Origin: an uncultured Pirellulales bacterium
GTDB taxonomy: Bacteria; Planctomycetota; Phycisphaerae; Sedimentisphaerales; SM23-30
DNA length: 64,000 nt
Direction of reading: 5' to 3'
Assembly: GCA_964482555.1 (NCBI GenBank)
Contig: CAYZXY010000010.1
Location: forward strand, 2,135 to 66,134
Position 1 is the first letter of the stretch. Each line of letters begins with the position of its first letter. Position numbers and translations under genes: made by a program. Of the stretch, positions 14,159-26,600 are shown piece by piece. The notes beneath the pieces are model-generated. The model was given only the letters and a program-made list of their open reading frames with translations, made no database searches and was not told the DNA's origin.

Positions 14159-15361
14159 ATGGCCAAGGAGGTATTTGAACGAACAAAACCTCACGTGAAC
14201 GTTGGGACGATTGGACACATTGACCATGGTAAAACCACGCTGACCGCGGCAATAACCGTCGTTCAGGCCGCCAAAGGTCTGGCGAAGCCGGTTGCCTATG
14301 ACGAAGTGGCAAAAGCTTCAGAGAGTCAGGGCCGTCGTGATGCTACCAAGATTCTGACCATTGCGACCAGTCACCAGGAATATGAATCGGATAATCGTCA
14401 TTATGCCCATATCGACTGCCCGGGTCACGCTGATTACATTAAAAACATGATTACCGGCGCTGCTCAGATGGATGGCGCCATTCTGGTGGTTTCCGCCGCG
14501 GATGGCCCCATGCCTCAGACCCGTGAGCACGTGTTGCTGGCGCGTCAGGTAAACGTGCCGGCGCTGGTCGTTTTTCTGAATAAAGTGGATTTGGTTGACG
14601 ATCCGGAACTTCTGGAGCTGGTCGAGATGGAAATTCGCGAACTGCTCGAGAAGTATGAATTCGACGGTGATAATGCCCCGGTGGTATATGGTTCGGCAAT
14701 TGGCGCACTGGAAAATCCCACGGATCCGGAAAAAACCAAGTGCATTCAGGAGCTGATGGAAGCGTTGGACACCTATCTGCCTGAACCGATGCGTGAGACC
14801 GATAAACCGTTCCTGATGCCGGTGGAAGATGTTTTCTCCATCAAGGGTCGCGGAACGGTCGGTACCGGCCGTATTGAGCGCGGCATCGTCAGGATCGGCG
14901 ATGAAATCGAAATCGTTGGTCTCAGGGAAACCAGAAAGACCATCGTTACCGGTGTTGAAATGTTCAACAAGACCCTCGAAGAAGGTCAGGCCGGCGAAAA
15001 TGTCGGTTGTCTGCTACGTGGCGTTGAAAAAGCGGATCTGCAGCGAGGTATGGTTATGGCGGCTAAAGGCTCGATCACGCCTCATACCAAATTTGAAGGC
15101 GAGATTTACGTATTAACTAAGGAGGAAGGCGGCCGTCATACGCCGTTTTTCACGGGCTATCGTCCTCAGTTCTATTTTAGAACGACTGACGTCACCGGCA
15201 GCTTGTCCCTCAAAGGGGCGGAAATGTGCATGCCCGGCGACAACATCGCCTGCGAAGTTGAAATTATCGCTCCGATCGCCATGGAAGAAGGATTGCGTTT
15301 TGCCGTTCGAGAAGGTGGTCGTACCGTAGGTGCGGGCGTAGTAACCAAGATTCTGGAATAG
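14159..15361 (+). CDS. tuf: Elongation factor Tu
   Basis: The 400-aa ORF contains [18 protein letters not shown] and NKVD motifs. Confidence 0.98.
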   Translation: MAKEVFERTKPHVNVGTIGHIDHGKTTLTAAITVVQAAKGLAKPVAYDEVAKASESQGRRDATKILTIATSHQEYESDNRHYAHIDCPGHADYIKNMITGAAQMDGAILVVSAADGPMPQTREHVLLARQVNVPALVVFLNKVDLVDDPELLELVEMEIRELLEKYEFDGDNAPVVYGSAIGALENPTDPEKTKCIQELMEALDTYLPEPMRETDKPFLMPVEDVFSIKGRGTVGTGRIERGIVRIGDEIEIVGLRETRKTIVTGVEMFNKTLEEGQAGENVGCLLRGVEKADLQRGMVMAAKGSITPHTKFEGEIYVLTKEEGGRHTPFFTGYRPQFYFRTTDVTGSLSLKGAEMCMPGDNIACEVEIIAPIAMEEGLRFAVREGGRTVGAGVVTKILE

Positions 15362-15493
15362 CATACGTTTTTAATTGTTTCGAAAAGAAAAGTATTTGGT
15401 AAAACTCTATGGTTTGGGATAAAAAGCTGTGAGAGCAGTCATGTCTTTTCGTCCTGAGCCATGTTTTCATAAATATATGGATGAAAGTAAGTT

Positions 15494-15661
15494 ATGGCCA
15501 AAAAGGCAAAAAGAGAATACTTCTGGATGGAATGCACCACCTGCGGCAGCCGCAACTATCGGACGCAGGTAAACACCATGGGGGGCATTCCAAAAATGGA
15601 GTTGAATAAATTCTGCAAATTTGATCGCGCTCATACGAAACATAAGCTGCGAAAGAAATAG
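15494..15661 (+). CDS. rpmG: 50S ribosomal protein L33
   Basis: Hand-translated 55-aa ORF (below the track cutoff): MAKKAKREYFWMECTTCGSRNYRTQVNTMGGIPKMELNKFCKFDRAHTKHKLRKK. It sits in the canonical position before tRNA-Trp/secE. Confidence 0.85.
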   Translation: MAKKAKREYFWMECTTCGSRNYRTQVNTMGGIPKMELNKFCKFDRAHTKHKLRKK

Positions 15662-15666
15662 GTTTT

Positions 15667-15740
15667 AGGTCAGTAGCTCAATTTGGCAGAGCAACGGTCT
15701 CCAAAACCGTAGGTTGGGGGTTCGATTCCCTCCTGACCTG
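15667..15740 (+). tRNA. tRNA-Trp (anticodon CCA)
   Basis: Cloverleaf: acceptor AGGTCAG/CTGACCT, anticodon stem ACGGT/ACCGT with loop CTCCAAA, T loop TTCGATT. Confidence 0.95.
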
Positions 15741-15755
15741 ATGGAGAAATATAAT

Positions 15756-16172
15756 ATGCAGTTAGAATTTTATAAAAAAGGACAAGGTTATTATACCCGT
15801 ATGTGTACGGCGCTGGCTGGTGCATTCATGGCTGCTCTGGGGTGTTATGCATTATATCAGGCGATGGACGGGATTCAGACCGGCGATGTCATAACCAGCA
15901 ACCTTAAGGAATGGATTCGTGTCGGTACGGTTGTGGTGCTTTTCGCCGCTATCAGTTTTGGGCTTTACCGTCTGGTGAATATGCCTCGCTTTGCCGATTT
16001 TCTCATAGCCACAGAGGGTGAGATGAAAAAAGTATCCTGGTCCAGTCGGAAAGAAATCATCGCCTCGACCAGGGTTGTCGTAATAACCGTTATTCTTCTT
16101 GCATGTCTGCTGGCGATCGTTGATACAGCATTTAGATGGATTTTCCAGTCTGTTGGGGTTTTGAAGATATGA
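15756..16172 (+). CDS. secE: Preprotein translocase subunit SecE
   Basis: Hydrophobic segments plus the conserved C-terminal core EMKKVSWSSRKEIIASTRVVVITVILLACLLAIVD. GGAGA lies 8 nt before the ATG at 15756. The listed ORF start at 15714 falls inside the tRNA. Confidence 0.85.
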   Translation: MQLEFYKKGQGYYTRMCTALAGAFMAALGCYALYQAMDGIQTGDVITSNLKEWIRVGTVVVLFAAISFGLYRLVNMPRFADFLIATEGEMKKVSWSSRKEIIASTRVVVITVILLACLLAIVDTAFRWIFQSVGVLKI

Positions 16173-16374
16173 AACGGGGATAATGCTGTCGCCGGTCAGA
16201 AACGCAGGATCGATCTTGTCACGGTTTTAAACGGAGGGGATCAGGATTTTTGTTTCGTGCTGGTCGTTGGCAACATAATTGAAATGATAGACTTACGTTA
16301 ATGATAGCTTTAAAGTCTTGGTCTTGACACTCGAAACAGCGGTGTTAACAGGAAGAAACGACTGATAACTGAGG

Positions 16375-16941
16375 ATGACGTTGGATCAGACAACTGAAAA
16401 ACAATGGTTTGTACTAAGGGTTGCCTCTAACCGGGAGGACCAGGTCCGCGATACATTATTGCGCAAGGTACAGATTGAAGGTCTTGATACTCTCATTGGC
16501 AGAGTGGTCGTACCCACCGAGAAGGTTAAGCGTGTCAGAGGCGGTCATCAAAAGATTACGGAACGGAAACTTTACCCCGGTTATGTTTTTGTGGAAATGG
16601 TACTTGGTGAAGATGGGAACGTTCAGGAAGAGTGCTGGTATATCATTAAGGAAACATCCGGAGTCGGCGATTTTATCGGTACCGAAGGCAAACCATCCCC
16701 GATGAGCGCAGTAGATGTCAATAAAATGCTTCATCAGGCGGAAGCGGCCGAAGAATCTCCCAGTGTCCAGATGGAATTCAGCAAGGGTGATCAGATTAAA
16801 GTCAAGGGCGGAGCGTTTGAAGGCTATGAAGGCACTGTGGAAGAAATCGATCCGGAAAAAGGAACGGTACGTGTTATTGTGACGATTTTCGGTCGTGATA
16901 CGCCGCTTGATATTGAATACTGGCAGGTTGAGAAGGTATGA
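16375..16941 (+). CDS. nusG: Transcription termination/antitermination factor NusG
   Basis: NGN domain (KQWFVLRVASNREDQV) and KOW domain (GDQIKVKGGAFEGYEGTVEEID), in the canonical position after secE. Confidence 0.95.
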   Translation: MTLDQTTEKQWFVLRVASNREDQVRDTLLRKVQIEGLDTLIGRVVVPTEKVKRVRGGHQKITERKLYPGYVFVEMVLGEDGNVQEECWYIIKETSGVGDFIGTEGKPSPMSAVDVNKMLHQAEAAEESPSVQMEFSKGDQIKVKGGAFEGYEGTVEEIDPEKGTVRVIVTIFGRDTPLDIEYWQVEKV

Positions 16942-16983
16942 TCTGTAAGGACCATCCAATATGACCCGTCTGTTTTTTTTGTG

Positions 16984-17090
16984 CTCACCCCAAACCGGGT
17001 AGAAAGCTCCGGGCAGTGCCGGGTGTAAGCTTAATATTTGCAGATAGTTACGTTCCGAGAAAACGAGTAATTTCAATCGGAACAATTATA
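16984..17090 (+). repeat. R105 interspersed repeat, subtype A (5' end diverged)
   Basis: ...CCGGGTAGAAAGCTCCGGGCAGTGCCGGGTGTAAGCTTAATATTTGCAGATAGTTACGTTCCGAGAAAACGAGTAATTTCAATCGGAACAATTATA. Confidence 0.85.
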
Positions 17091-17206
17091 ATATACTCAG
17101 ATTTGGAGAAATGACGGTAGAATTGGATTTCAGTGAAATGAGATAAACCGTGATTTTTCAGGACAAATGACTATTTTTTTCAGGCTTCAGGAAGTGAGTT
17201 TGTCGC

Positions 17207-17632
17207 ATGGCAAAAGAAGTTAAAGCAGTGATTAAGTTACAGGCACCAGGTGGCCAGGCAACACCGGCGCCGCCTATCGGCCCGGCGCTGGGTCAGCATG
17301 GCGTTAACATCGGACAGTTCGTCTCGCAGTTTAATGAGCGTACCAAGGATATGGGTGGTACGACCGTGCCGGTCGAGATTTCTGTTTATGCTGACCGGTC
17401 ATTTGATTTTATCATCAAGAGTCCGCCGGCATCGGAACTTCTGAAAAAGGCGGCCCAGGTCGCCAAGGGTTCAGGTGTGCCCAATCGGGAAAAGGTGGGA
17501 AAAGTCACCGATGCCCAAGTTGAAGAAATTGCCAAAACGAAACTGAATGACCTGAATGCATTTAGTATCGAGCAGGCTAAGCGTATAGTTGCCGGCACGG
17601 CCCGCAGTATGGGCATCGAGGTTGAAGGTTAA
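17207..17632 (+). CDS. rplK: 50S ribosomal protein L11
   Basis: [27 protein letters not shown]... is the canonical L11 sequence. Confidence 0.97.
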   Translation: MAKEVKAVIKLQAPGGQATPAPPIGPALGQHGVNIGQFVSQFNERTKDMGGTTVPVEISVYADRSFDFIIKSPPASELLKKAAQVAKGSGVPNREKVGKVTDAQVEEIAKTKLNDLNAFSIEQAKRIVAGTARSMGIEVEG

Positions 17633-17811
17633 GGCCTAGTAGTAAATAGCAGAATGTTGAACCCCGAAAACGGGTTAAATTTTTCACAGTATGATGGCAT
17701 ACCACGGCCGGGAACAGTGGGAGCGAAAAGATATTCTGACATTGATTCGCTTTGATTTATAGCGATAAAGGCAGTCAAGTCAGGGTGTTACATACTCGCG
17801 AGGATTGCAGA

Positions 17812-18492
17812 ATGCATATAAGAAGTAAACGTTACAAAAAAGATTCGGAATCCTTCACCAAGGAGAAATTATCCCTTGAGGAAGCTGTTGCCAAACTGAA
17901 AGGGTGGGACACCACGAAGTTTAAGCAGACTGTCGAATGTGTCGTCAATCTTGGAATTGATCCTCGACAGGCGGATCAGGCTATACGAGGTGCGATTTCA
18001 TTCCCTCACGGTATCGGGAAAACCCTGAAAGTCATCGCGTTTTGCGAAGACAGCGATGTGGAAAAGGCCAAGGCCGCCGGAGCCGTTGAGGCTGGATCGG
18101 ACGATCTGGTCAAACGGGTACAGGACGGCTGGCTTGATTTCGATGTGGCCATCGCCCACCCGAAGATGATGAGCAAAGTGGGTAAACTGGGTCGGATTCT
18201 GGGTCCGCAGGGTAAAATGCCATCTCCCAAAGGCGGAACGGTGACGCCTGATATCGAACAGGCGATTAAGGACTATTCCGCCGGTAAGGTTGAATTTCGT
18301 AACGACAGCGGCGGGAATGTTCATGTGCCGGTGGGAAAGATCAATTTTGAAGTTCCGAAACTGATAGACAACATTAATTCCTTTCTGGAACAGATAAAAA
18401 GGATGAAACCCAGCGTAACCAAAGGCGTATTTATCAAGAAAATATTTATATCCGCAACAATGAGCCCGTCTGTTGAAGTTACTGTTTCATAA
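17812..18492 (+). CDS. rplA: 50S ribosomal protein L1
   Basis: L1 signatures are present (VNLGIDPRQADQAIRG, GKMPSPKGGTVT). I prefer the ATG at 17812, which has GAGGA upstream, over the listed 17752. Confidence 0.93.
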   Translation: MHIRSKRYKKDSESFTKEKLSLEEAVAKLKGWDTTKFKQTVECVVNLGIDPRQADQAIRGAISFPHGIGKTLKVIAFCEDSDVEKAKAAGAVEAGSDDLVKRVQDGWLDFDVAIAHPKMMSKVGKLGRILGPQGKMPSPKGGTVTPDIEQAIKDYSAGKVEFRNDSGGNVHVPVGKINFEVPKLIDNINSFLEQIKRMKPSVTKGVFIKKIFISATMSPSVEVTVS

Positions 18493-18532
18493 CTAGCGGG
18501 AAGAGAACCAACCTTTACTATAAGAGGCTGAC

Positions 18533-19063
18533 ATGAGTAAACGTTTAAATAGCTTAATGTATGATGAATACAAAACCCGCTACGATGGATTGGATGAATT
18601 CATGGTTGTGTCGGTTCGCGGCGTGAGCGGCAACGACAACAACTATATGCGGGGAGAATTGCAGAAAAAAGATATTAATCTCAACGTGGTGAAAAATTCC
18701 CTGGCTTGTCAGGTTTTGAAGGACATGGGCATTGAGGGGATGGAATCCGTTTTGGTCGGTCCGAGTGCCGTGATCTATGGTGGGCAGGACATTGTTGAAC
18801 TGGCCAAGACCATTGTTGATTGGGAAAAGAAACTGGAGAAATTTGAGATCAGAGGCGGCTATCTGGGCGGCCAGATACTTGATGAGGCGGGAGCCAAGGC
18901 CATGTCTAAAATGGCCTCGCGAGTCGAATTGCAGGCGACGGTGGTCATGCTGGCGCAGTCGCCGGGTCGCCGCATAGCCGGTCAGATCGCCGCACCGGCT
19001 GGAAATATCGCCGGGTGCATTAAGACGCTGATCGAGAATAAAGAAAAAGAAGAAGCGGCATAA
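18533..19063 (+). CDS. rplJ: 50S ribosomal protein L10
   Basis: Position between rplA and rplL, with an L10-like sequence (FMVVSVRGVSGNDNNYMRGELQKKDINLNVVKNSL). Confidence 0.93.
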   Translation: MSKRLNSLMYDEYKTRYDGLDEFMVVSVRGVSGNDNNYMRGELQKKDINLNVVKNSLACQVLKDMGIEGMESVLVGPSAVIYGGQDIVELAKTIVDWEKKLEKFEIRGGYLGGQILDEAGAKAMSKMASRVELQATVVMLAQSPGRRIAGQIAAPAGNIAGCIKTLIENKEKEEAA

Positions 19064-19181
19064 GTGCCCTGTACTATTGATAGATAGATTCCTGATTTGA
19101 CAGCCCCTTCGGGGTTAAAACGAAATGACGTCATTTCGGCTCTCGAATCAAAGGTATTTATAGTAAATGGAGTAAAAACAA

Positions 19182-19637
19182 ATGTCTGAAGAAGCTGTAG
19201 TAGAAGCTGCTGAAACCACAGAAACCTCTGCAGGAACCAGTGCAAAGAATTTCAGCGATGAAATCAAATCGCTGGGCGACCAGATTGTCGGTCTGTCGCT
19301 GCTGCAGGCAAAAGAACTGGGAGACTATTTGAAGGAAGTCTATGGCATTGAGCCGGCAGCCGGCGCGGTAGCCGTAGCGGCGGCGCCCGGTGGGGGCGGC
19401 GGCGAAGTTGAAGCCGTCGAAGAAAAGACATCTTTCGATGTTGTTCTGAAGGCCGCCGGCGACCAGAAGATCAAGGTTATTAAGGAAGTGCGAGCCGCAA
19501 CGGGCCTGGGTCTCAAGGAAGCCAAGGAAGTTGTTGACGGTGCTCCCAAGACCGTGAAAGAGGGCATGAGCAAGGAAGATGCCGAGAAACTTCAGAAGGC
19601 TCTGGAAGAAGTTGGCGCCACCGTCGAACTTGCATAA
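19182..19637 (+). CDS. rplL: 50S ribosomal protein L7/L12 (about 25-aa acidic N-terminal extension)
   Basis: C-terminal domain [55 protein letters not shown]. Confidence 0.95.
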   Translation: MSEEAVVEAAETTETSAGTSAKNFSDEIKSLGDQIVGLSLLQAKELGDYLKEVYGIEPAAGAVAVAAAPGGGGGEVEAVEEKTSFDVVLKAAGDQKIKVIKEVRAATGLGLKEAKEVVDGAPKTVKEGMSKEDAEKLQKALEEVGATVELA

Positions 19638-19658
19638 CCTGCGAACAATCAAGGATGA

Positions 19659-19762
19659 TATACTCAATCGGGTAGAAAGCTGCGGGCAGGGCCGGGGGCA
19701 TGCTTTTTATCCGCAAATAATTACGTTCCGAGAAAAGGGTATTTTCAATCGGAACGAGTATG
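19659..19762 (+). repeat. R105 interspersed repeat, subtype A
   Basis: TATACTCAATCGGGTAGAAAGCTGCGGGCAGGGCCGGGGGCATGCTTTTTATCCGCAAATAATTACGTTCCGAGAAAAGGGTATTTTCAATCGGAACGAGTATG. Confidence 0.9.
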
Positions 19763-19912
19763 AAGCTGAAAGGTGCAAGGATAACCGTCGTGTCCAGATG
19801 GGCATGTCTATAATACAAATGATATGTATATTGGCAAGTCGGAAGACCTTAAGCCTGTTAAGTGAATATAACGCTGTTAATTGGTCTTTGACTTTCTTTG
19901 CAGGAGACAAAG

Positions 19913-22900
19913 ATGGCATTTAATGAGGTAAGACATTTCGGTAAGTTTTTACCGATTGTTGAGATTCCTGACCTGAGTCGTATCCAGTTGCTGGGGTATG
20001 AACGTTTTCTGCAGCTGGATTCTTCGAACGATGACCGAGATTCGTTCGGACTGGATGCGCTGCTGAAGGAAATTTTCCCGATCGTCAGTTACGATGGGAA
20101 TGTGCAATTGGAATATATCAACTTCGAGTTAGGCAAGCCCCGCTACAGTCCGGATGAATGCCGGCAGTTGCGGCTGACCTACGGTCTGCCTTTCCGGATA
20201 CGCTGCCGTCTGGTCCGCAAGGGCAAAGAAGAGATCATGGAAGACAGCGTTTATCTGGGCGAAATGCCGATCATGATCGGCGGCGGCGAGTTTATCATCA
20301 ACGGGGCGGAGCGTGTGATCGTGAATCAGTTGCACCGCAGTCCCGGCGTTGATTTTGTCGTGGAAAGCCAGGAGGGCGACCGTCCACTGCACGCCTGCCG
20401 GATTATTCCCGAGCGCGGCAGCTGGATCGAAATGAACGTTACCAAGAAGGATGTCGCGGTGGTGCGTATCGATCAGTCCAGTAAGATTCCCGCGACGACG
20501 TTTCTGCGGGCCATGGACGAAAAATACAGCACGACGGAATCGATCATCCGGGAGTTTTACCCCACGAAGAATATCTCCGTTGAAAAACTCAAGGATGATA
20601 TGTGGACTGTCGGGCCGATCATCGACCCGGAAAGCGGCGAGGAGATCGTCAAAGCCGGTTGTCAGATCGGCGAGAACCTGCAACGTTTGCAGCAGTCAAC
20701 GCTGAAGAAAGTTGAAGTTTGCGACAAGGTTCGCGATATGATCATCCTCAATACGCTGGCCGAAGACAGCAGCGAAGATCACGAACAGGCATTGATGCGT
20801 ATTTATGCCCGTTTGCGTCCGGGCAATCCCGTCAAGCTGGACAAAGCTCAAACTTTTTTCAGCGAGAAGTTTTATGATGACAATCGTTATCGTCTGGGAC
20901 GTGTGGGTCGTTTCCGCTTGAACCGCAAGTTCGAGCAGGACATCAGCGAAGAGGAGATGACCCTGCGTCCGGACGATTTTCTCAATTCGATGAAATATAT
21001 TCTGAAGCTCCGCAGCAACGAAGGTTATGTGGATGATATTGACCATTTGGGTAACCGGCGTCTGCGGACGATTGAAGAGTTGGCGTCGGACGAGTTGCGT
21101 AAAGGCTTCCTGAAGTTGCGGCGCAGCGTTCAGGAGCGGATGAGCATCAAGGACATCGATCTGGTCACGCGTATCGCGGAACTGATCAATTCCAAGAGCA
21201 TCACCAGCAGCATCGAGTTTTTCTTCGGCCGCGGCGAATTGAGTCAGGTGGTGGACCAGACGAACCCGCTGAGCCAGTTGACGCACGAGCGGCGGCTGTC
21301 GGCACTGGGGCCGGGCGGTCTGAACCGCAAGCGTGCCGGCTTTGAAGTGCGTGACGTGCATATCAGTCACTACGGGCGTATTTGTCCGATCGAGACGCCG
21401 GAAGGGACAAACATCGGTCTGATCTCGTCGCTGAGTATTCATTCCAGCGTCGATGATTATGGTTTTCTGGTGACGCCGTATTTCCGGGTGGAGGACGGCA
21501 AGATCGGGGAAGTGGTCTATCTTCGTGCGGACGAGGAGATCAACGCGATTCTGGCGCCGGTGGATATCTTGAAGAAAGACAGCAGAACGCTAATGGAAGG
21601 CCCTGTTCTGGCGCGGGTATCCGGTGATCTGACGCAGGTGGACAGCAGCGAAGTGGAATTTGTCGATATCGCTCCTTATCAAACGATCGGTGTGTCGGCA
21701 GCGTTGATTCCGTTCCTGGAGCATGACGATGCGAACCGGGCGTTGATGGGGTCCAACATGCAGCGTCAGGCTGTGCCGCTGGTCTCGACCGAAGCGCCGA
21801 TGGTGGCAACAGGCATGGAAAAGCATGTCGCTGCCAACAGCAGCATGGTTATCAAAGCCCGTCGCAATGGCGTGGTGACTTACGTCGATGCCGAACGGAT
21901 TATTCTGGACGAGGCGGATGAATATCCCCTGCGGAAATTCATCGGACTCAATGAACGAACCAGCCAGAATCAGAAGCCGACCGTCAAGATCGGCGATAAG
22001 GTGACCAAAGGCCAGATCATCGCCGATGGGGCATCAACCTGCAAAGGCGAATTGGCCCTGGGCCGTAATATTCTGGTCGGCTTTATGATGTTTGACGGTT
22101 ACAATTTCGAGGACGCCATCCTGATCAGCGAGCGCATCGTCAAGGATGATGTTTTTACCAGTATTCATATTGAGGAGTTCGATATCGAGTGCCGCGAGAC
22201 CAAGCTGGGGCGGGAGGAGTTTACCCGCGATATCCCCAACGTTTCGGAAAAGGCCCTGGCGAATCTGGATGAAGGCGGCGTGGTGCGGCTCGGCACCCGT
22301 GTCAAGCCCGGCGACATTCTGGTCGGGAAGGTATCGCCCAAGAGCAAGAGCGAACTGTCTCCGGAAGAAAAACTGCTGTATGCCATTTTTGGCCGGGCAG
22401 GGGAAGACGTCAAGAACGATTCGCTGGAAGTGCCCAGCGGGCAGGAAGGCATCGTCATTGACGCCAAACGGTTCTCGCGCCGCATGCACATGAGCGACGC
22501 GCAGAAAGAGGCGCACAACAAGGCGATGAAGGATTATGATATCAAGATGGACCATCGCGTCATCGAGATATTCCGTCAGATGTCCCGTGCCCTTGAGACC
22601 CGGACGGGCATTGTGCCGGTCGATCCGTCCACCCGGCAGAAAATGGGCGTCAGCGAAAATGAGGAGATTATTAAAGAACAGATCGACAGTTTCGATTTTT
22701 CCTGGATCAAGGAAAAAGATCGTGTCGAAGAAGCGCGTGAGGTCATCGAACCTTACTGGAACCATATACAGGAGCTGATCGAAGAGAAGAAACGTAAGCT
22801 CCAGCAACTGAAGCGCGGCGACGAACTGCCTTCCGGCGTGCTGGAAATGGTGAAGGTCTATATCGCCACCAAGCGGCAGATGTCCGTGGGCGACAAGATG

Positions 22901-23650
22901 GCCGGCCGCCACGGGAACAAAGGTGTCGTGGCTCGTATCCTGCCGGAAGAGGATATGCCGTTTCTGGAGGACGGGACGCCGCTGCAGATTCTGCTGAATC
23001 CGCTGGGCGTTCCCGGTCGTATGAACGTGGGGCAGATTCTGGAGACGCACCTGGGGTGGGCGGCGCGGATTCTGGGCTTCCAGGGCGTTAATCCCGCGTT
23101 TGACGGGGCGGACGAAGAGCAGGTGCACGAAGTCCTGCAAGAAGCCAACGAGCACGTTCGTCATCGAGTGAAAGAAATTGAGGATAATAATCTGGAACCC
23201 CCGGTCAACGAGTTGTTTGTCGAGATGCCGCCGATGTGCAAGATGCAGCTGATTGACGGGCGGACGGGCGAGCCGTTCGAGCAGCGGGTGACGGTGGGGT
23301 ATATGTATCTGCTGAAGCTGCATCATCTGGTGGACGAGAAGATTCATGCACGTGCCACCGGCCCTTACAGCCTGATTACGCAGCAGCCGCTGGGCGGTAA
23401 GGCGCGGACGGGCGGTCAGCGATTCGGAGAAATGGAAGTGTGGGGCCTGGAGGCTTACGGAAGCGCCTATATCCTGCAGGAGCTGCTGACGGTGAAAAGT
23501 GATGATGTCGAAGGCCGGACGAAGATTTACGAATCAATGGTCAAGGGCAACAATTCGCTGGAGGCGGGTACGCCGGTGTCCTTCGACGTGTTGTGCAACG
23601 AGATACGCGGACTGGGTTTGAATATCCAGCTGGAAAAGAAAAAACTGTAA
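19913..23650 (+). CDS. rpoB: DNA-directed RNA polymerase subunit beta
   Basis: Conserved beta-subunit blocks are present ([36 protein letters not shown]). AGGAGA lies 5 nt upstream of the ATG at 19913; the listed start at 19898 is a TTG. Confidence 0.98.
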   Translation: MAFNEVRHFGKFLPIVEIPDLSRIQLLGYERFLQLDSSNDDRDSFGLDALLKEIFPIVSYDGNVQLEYINFELGKPRYSPDECRQLRLTYGLPFRIRCRLVRKGKEEIMEDSVYLGEMPIMIGGGEFIINGAERVIVNQLHRSPGVDFVVESQEGDRPLHACRIIPERGSWIEMNVTKKDVAVVRIDQSSKIPATTFLRAMDEKYSTTESIIREFYPTKNISVEKLKDDMWTVGPIIDPESGEEIVKAGCQIGENLQRLQQSTLKKVEVCDKVRDMIILNTLAEDSSEDHEQALMRIYARLRPGNPVKLDKAQTFFSEKFYDDNRYRLGRVGRFRLNRKFEQDISEEEMTLRPDDFLNSMKYILKLRSNEGYVDDIDHLGNRRLRTIEELASDELRKGFLKLRRSVQERMSIKDIDLVTRIAELINSKSITSSIEFFFGRGELSQVVDQTNPLSQLTHERRLSALGPGGLNRKRAGFEVRDVHISHYGRICPIETPEGTNIGLISSLSIHSSVDDYGFLVTPYFRVEDGKIGEVVYLRADEEINAILAPVDILKKDSRTLMEGPVLARVSGDLTQVDSSEVEFVDIAPYQTIGVSAALIPFLEHDDANRALMGSNMQRQAVPLVSTEAPMVATGMEKHVAANSSMVIKARRNGVVTYVDAERIILDEADEYPLRKFIGLNERTSQNQKPTVKIGDKVTKGQIIADGASTCKGELALGRNILVGFMMFDGYNFEDAILISERIVKDDVFTSIHIEEFDIECRETKLGREEFTRDIPNVSEKALANLDEGGVVRLGTRVKPGDILVGKVSPKSKSELSPEEKLLYAIFGRAGEDVKNDSLEVPSGQEGIVIDAKRFSRRMHMSDAQKEAHNKAMKDYDIKMDHRVIEIFRQMSRALETRTGIVPVDPSTRQKMGVSENEEIIKEQIDSFDFSWIKEKDRVEEAREVIEPYWNHIQELIEEKKRKLQQLKRGDELPSGVLEMVKVYIATKRQMSVGDKMAGRHGNKGVVARILPEEDMPFLEDGTPLQILLNPLGVPGRMNVGQILETHLGWAARILGFQGVNPAFDGADEEQVHEVLQEANEHVRHRVKEIEDNNLEPPVNELFVEMPPMCKMQLIDGRTGEPFEQRVTVGYMYLLKLHHLVDEKIHARATGPYSLITQQPLGGKARTGGQRFGEMEVWGLEAYGSAYILQELLTVKSDDVEGRTKIYESMVKGNNSLEAGTPVSFDVLCNEIRGLGLNIQLEKKKL

Positions 23651-23689
23651 CGGTTTGAACATAGCTGCCTATAAAGGAGTGAACCAGTA

Positions 23690-26600
23690 ATGGTTGAGTC
23701 GATTTACGACCGGATAAACGATTATGGTTCTGTGCGGATAAGCCTGGCCAGTCCCAATGACATTCGCAGTTGGTCGTTTGGCGAGGTGCGCAAGCCCGAG
23801 ACGATCAATTACCGTACCTATCGCCCGGAAAAAGACGGGTTGTTCTGCGAGCGCATATTCGGTCCCGAGCGCGACTGGGAATGTGCGTGCGGCAAATACA
23901 AGGGGACCAAATTCAAAGGGATCATCTGTGACCGCTGCGGTGTGAAAGTGACACACAGTCGCGTTCGCCGTAAACGGATGGGGCATATCAATCTGGCGGC
24001 TCCGGTGGTTCATATCTGGTTTTTCAAGGCGATGCCCTCGCGTCTGGCCAATATTCTGGATATGAAGACTGCCGATCTGGAAAAACTGGTCTATTTCCAG
24101 GATTATATCGTGACCGATCCGGGCCCCACGCAGTTGAAGCCCAAGCAGCTCTTGTCTGAGGATGAATACCGTCGGGCCCTGGAGACCTATGGGGAAACTT
24201 TCACTGCGGAAATGGGTGCGGAGGCGGTACGTTCTATGTTGAACAGCCTCGACATGAACGAGGAAGTCCGCAAGCTGCGGGAAGATCTCGATAAGACGAA
24301 CAGCCAGCAGAAATCCAAAGAGATCAGTAAGCGTCTCAAGATTATTGAGTCGCTGCGGCAAAGCGATAACGATCCCAACTGGATGGTGATGGATGTCATA
24401 CCCGTCATACCGCCGGATCTGCGGCCGCTGGTTCTGCTGGAGAGCGGCAATTTCGCCACCAGCGATCTGAACGATCTCTATCGTCGCATCATCAACCGGA
24501 ACAATCGTCTGAAAAAGCTGGTCGATTTGAATGCTCCGGAAGTGATTATTCGTAATGAAAAACGCATGCTGCAGCAAGCGGTGGATGCGTTGTTCGATAA
24601 CGGGCGTTGCCGGCGTCCGGTTCTGGGTTCCAGTAACCGGCCGCTCAAGAGTTTGACCGACATGATCAAAGGTAAGCAGGGACGCTTCCGCGAAAACCTG
24701 CTCGGTAAACGTGTCGATTATTCGGCCCGTTCCGTGATTGTCGTCGGTCCTGAATTGAAGCTGTACCAGTGCGGTCTGCCCAAGAAAATTGCTCTTGAGC
24801 TTTATCAGCCTTTCATCATCCGGCAACTTAAGGAACGCGGCATGGCCGATACCATCAAGAGCGCCAAGAAGATGCTTGAACGGCGTGAAGAAGGCGTGTT
24901 TGATGTTCTGGAAGATGTTATCCGGCATCATCCCGTGATGCTCAACCGTGCACCGACGCTGCACCGTATGGGTATCCAGGCCTTTGAGCCGGTGCTGATA
25001 GAAGGCAATGCCATCCAGCTGCATCCGCTGGTTTGCAAAGGCTTTAATGCCGACTTTGACGGCGATCAGATGGCGGTGCATCTGCCCTTGAGCGTGGAAG
25101 CCCAGGTTGAGGCTCATACGCTGATGCTGGCCGCGACGAATATTTTCTCGCCGGCCAACGGTTCGCCGATTATGTCGCCTTCGCAGGACGTGGTTCTGGG
25201 CAATTTTTATATTACCCTGAGCTGCGAAAAGGAAAAAGGTGAAGGGATGATTTTCAGCAGTCCGCAGGAAGCCATGATGGCGTATGATTTCGGCAAGGTC
25301 ACGCTTCAGTCGAAAGTAAAAGTGCGGCTTCCCAGGCATAAACGCGCGATTGACAAAGACAGTAATCTCAGCGAACCCGGCGTTCTGATCGAAACGACTC
25401 CCGGCCGCTGTTTCTTTAACGATTCGCTGCCGGAGGCGATGCATTTTTATAATTTTCCGCAGGGATCGAAAGGTCTCAGCCGGGTTATTAGCGATGTGTT
25501 CCGCGTGGCGGGCAAGGACAAAACCATCGATCTGCTCGATACCATTAAAGAGCAGGGTTTTAAATACGCGACCCGGGCCGGGCTCTCCATGTCGATTACC
25601 GACCTGCGTATTCCGGCGAAAAAGCAGGAAATCATCGATACCACGCAGAAACGCGTCGATATGATCGAAGATCACTATGCCGCCGGCGCCCTGACCGATG
25701 GGGAACGGAAAAACCAGGTCATTGACGCGTGGACGCATGCCCGTGTGCAGGTGACGAATGAAATGATGCGGGAGCTCGAGGAGGATGAACGTGACGGCAA
25801 GCCTTATCTGAATCCGGTTTATCTGATGACCGAATCGGGTGCTCGCGGCCGTATCGACCAGATCCAGCAGCTCGCCGGTATGCGGGCCCTGATGGCCAAG
25901 CCGTCCGGCGAGATCATCGAAACGCCGATCAAGTCAAATTTCCGCGAAGGGCTGAAAGTGCTGGAATACTTCAGTTCGACTCATGGTGCCCGTAAAGGGC
26001 TGGCCGATACGGCGCTCAAGACCGCGGACAGCGGTTATCTGACGCGTAAGCTGGCGGATGTGTGCCAGAATGTTATTGTCAATGAGCACGATTGCGGGAC
26101 TCTCCAAGGCATCACCAAGAGCGCCATTTATCAGGGTGAACAGATTTCGATTCCCTTACGTAACCTGACTATCGGCCGTATTGCCCGCGATACGATTCGC
26201 AATCCGATTACCGATGAATGCATTGTTAATGAGAACGAAATCATCACCAATGAAATTGCTAAGAAGATTGAAGAACTCGGTCTTGATTCGATACGTGTGC
26301 GCAGTCCGATGACCTGTGAAAGCCCGCTGGGAACCTGTGCTTTGTGCTACGGGGTGGATATGAGCAGCGGTCGTCTGGTAGAAGAAGGCCTGGCGGTGGG
26401 AATCATTGCCGCCCAGTCGATTGGCGAACCGGGCACCCAGCTTACCATGCGGACCTTCCATACCGGCGGAATTGCGGAACGAACCGTTATGGAACACCAA
26501 ACTCGAGCCACCGCGGCCGGGACGGTCAGACATTCGGGTCTCAATGTTGTGGCAGTTCCTGCCGAAGACGGCACGACCAAACTGGTCGCTCTGAAACGTA

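Noticed and set aside
15714-15755. The listed secE ORF start at 15714.
   Set aside because: It lies inside tRNA-Trp (15667-15740). The ATG at 15756 has a GGAGA Shine-Dalgarno sequence.
23669-25738. Very long antisense ORFs inside rpoC (689 aa), rpoB (22034..23347, 437 aa), nifJ (3762..4853), the giant gene and others.
   Set aside because: They are shadow ORFs typical of codon-biased coding regions. Their translations are Arg/His/Gln-rich nonsense with no motifs, and each fully overlaps an unambiguous conserved gene.
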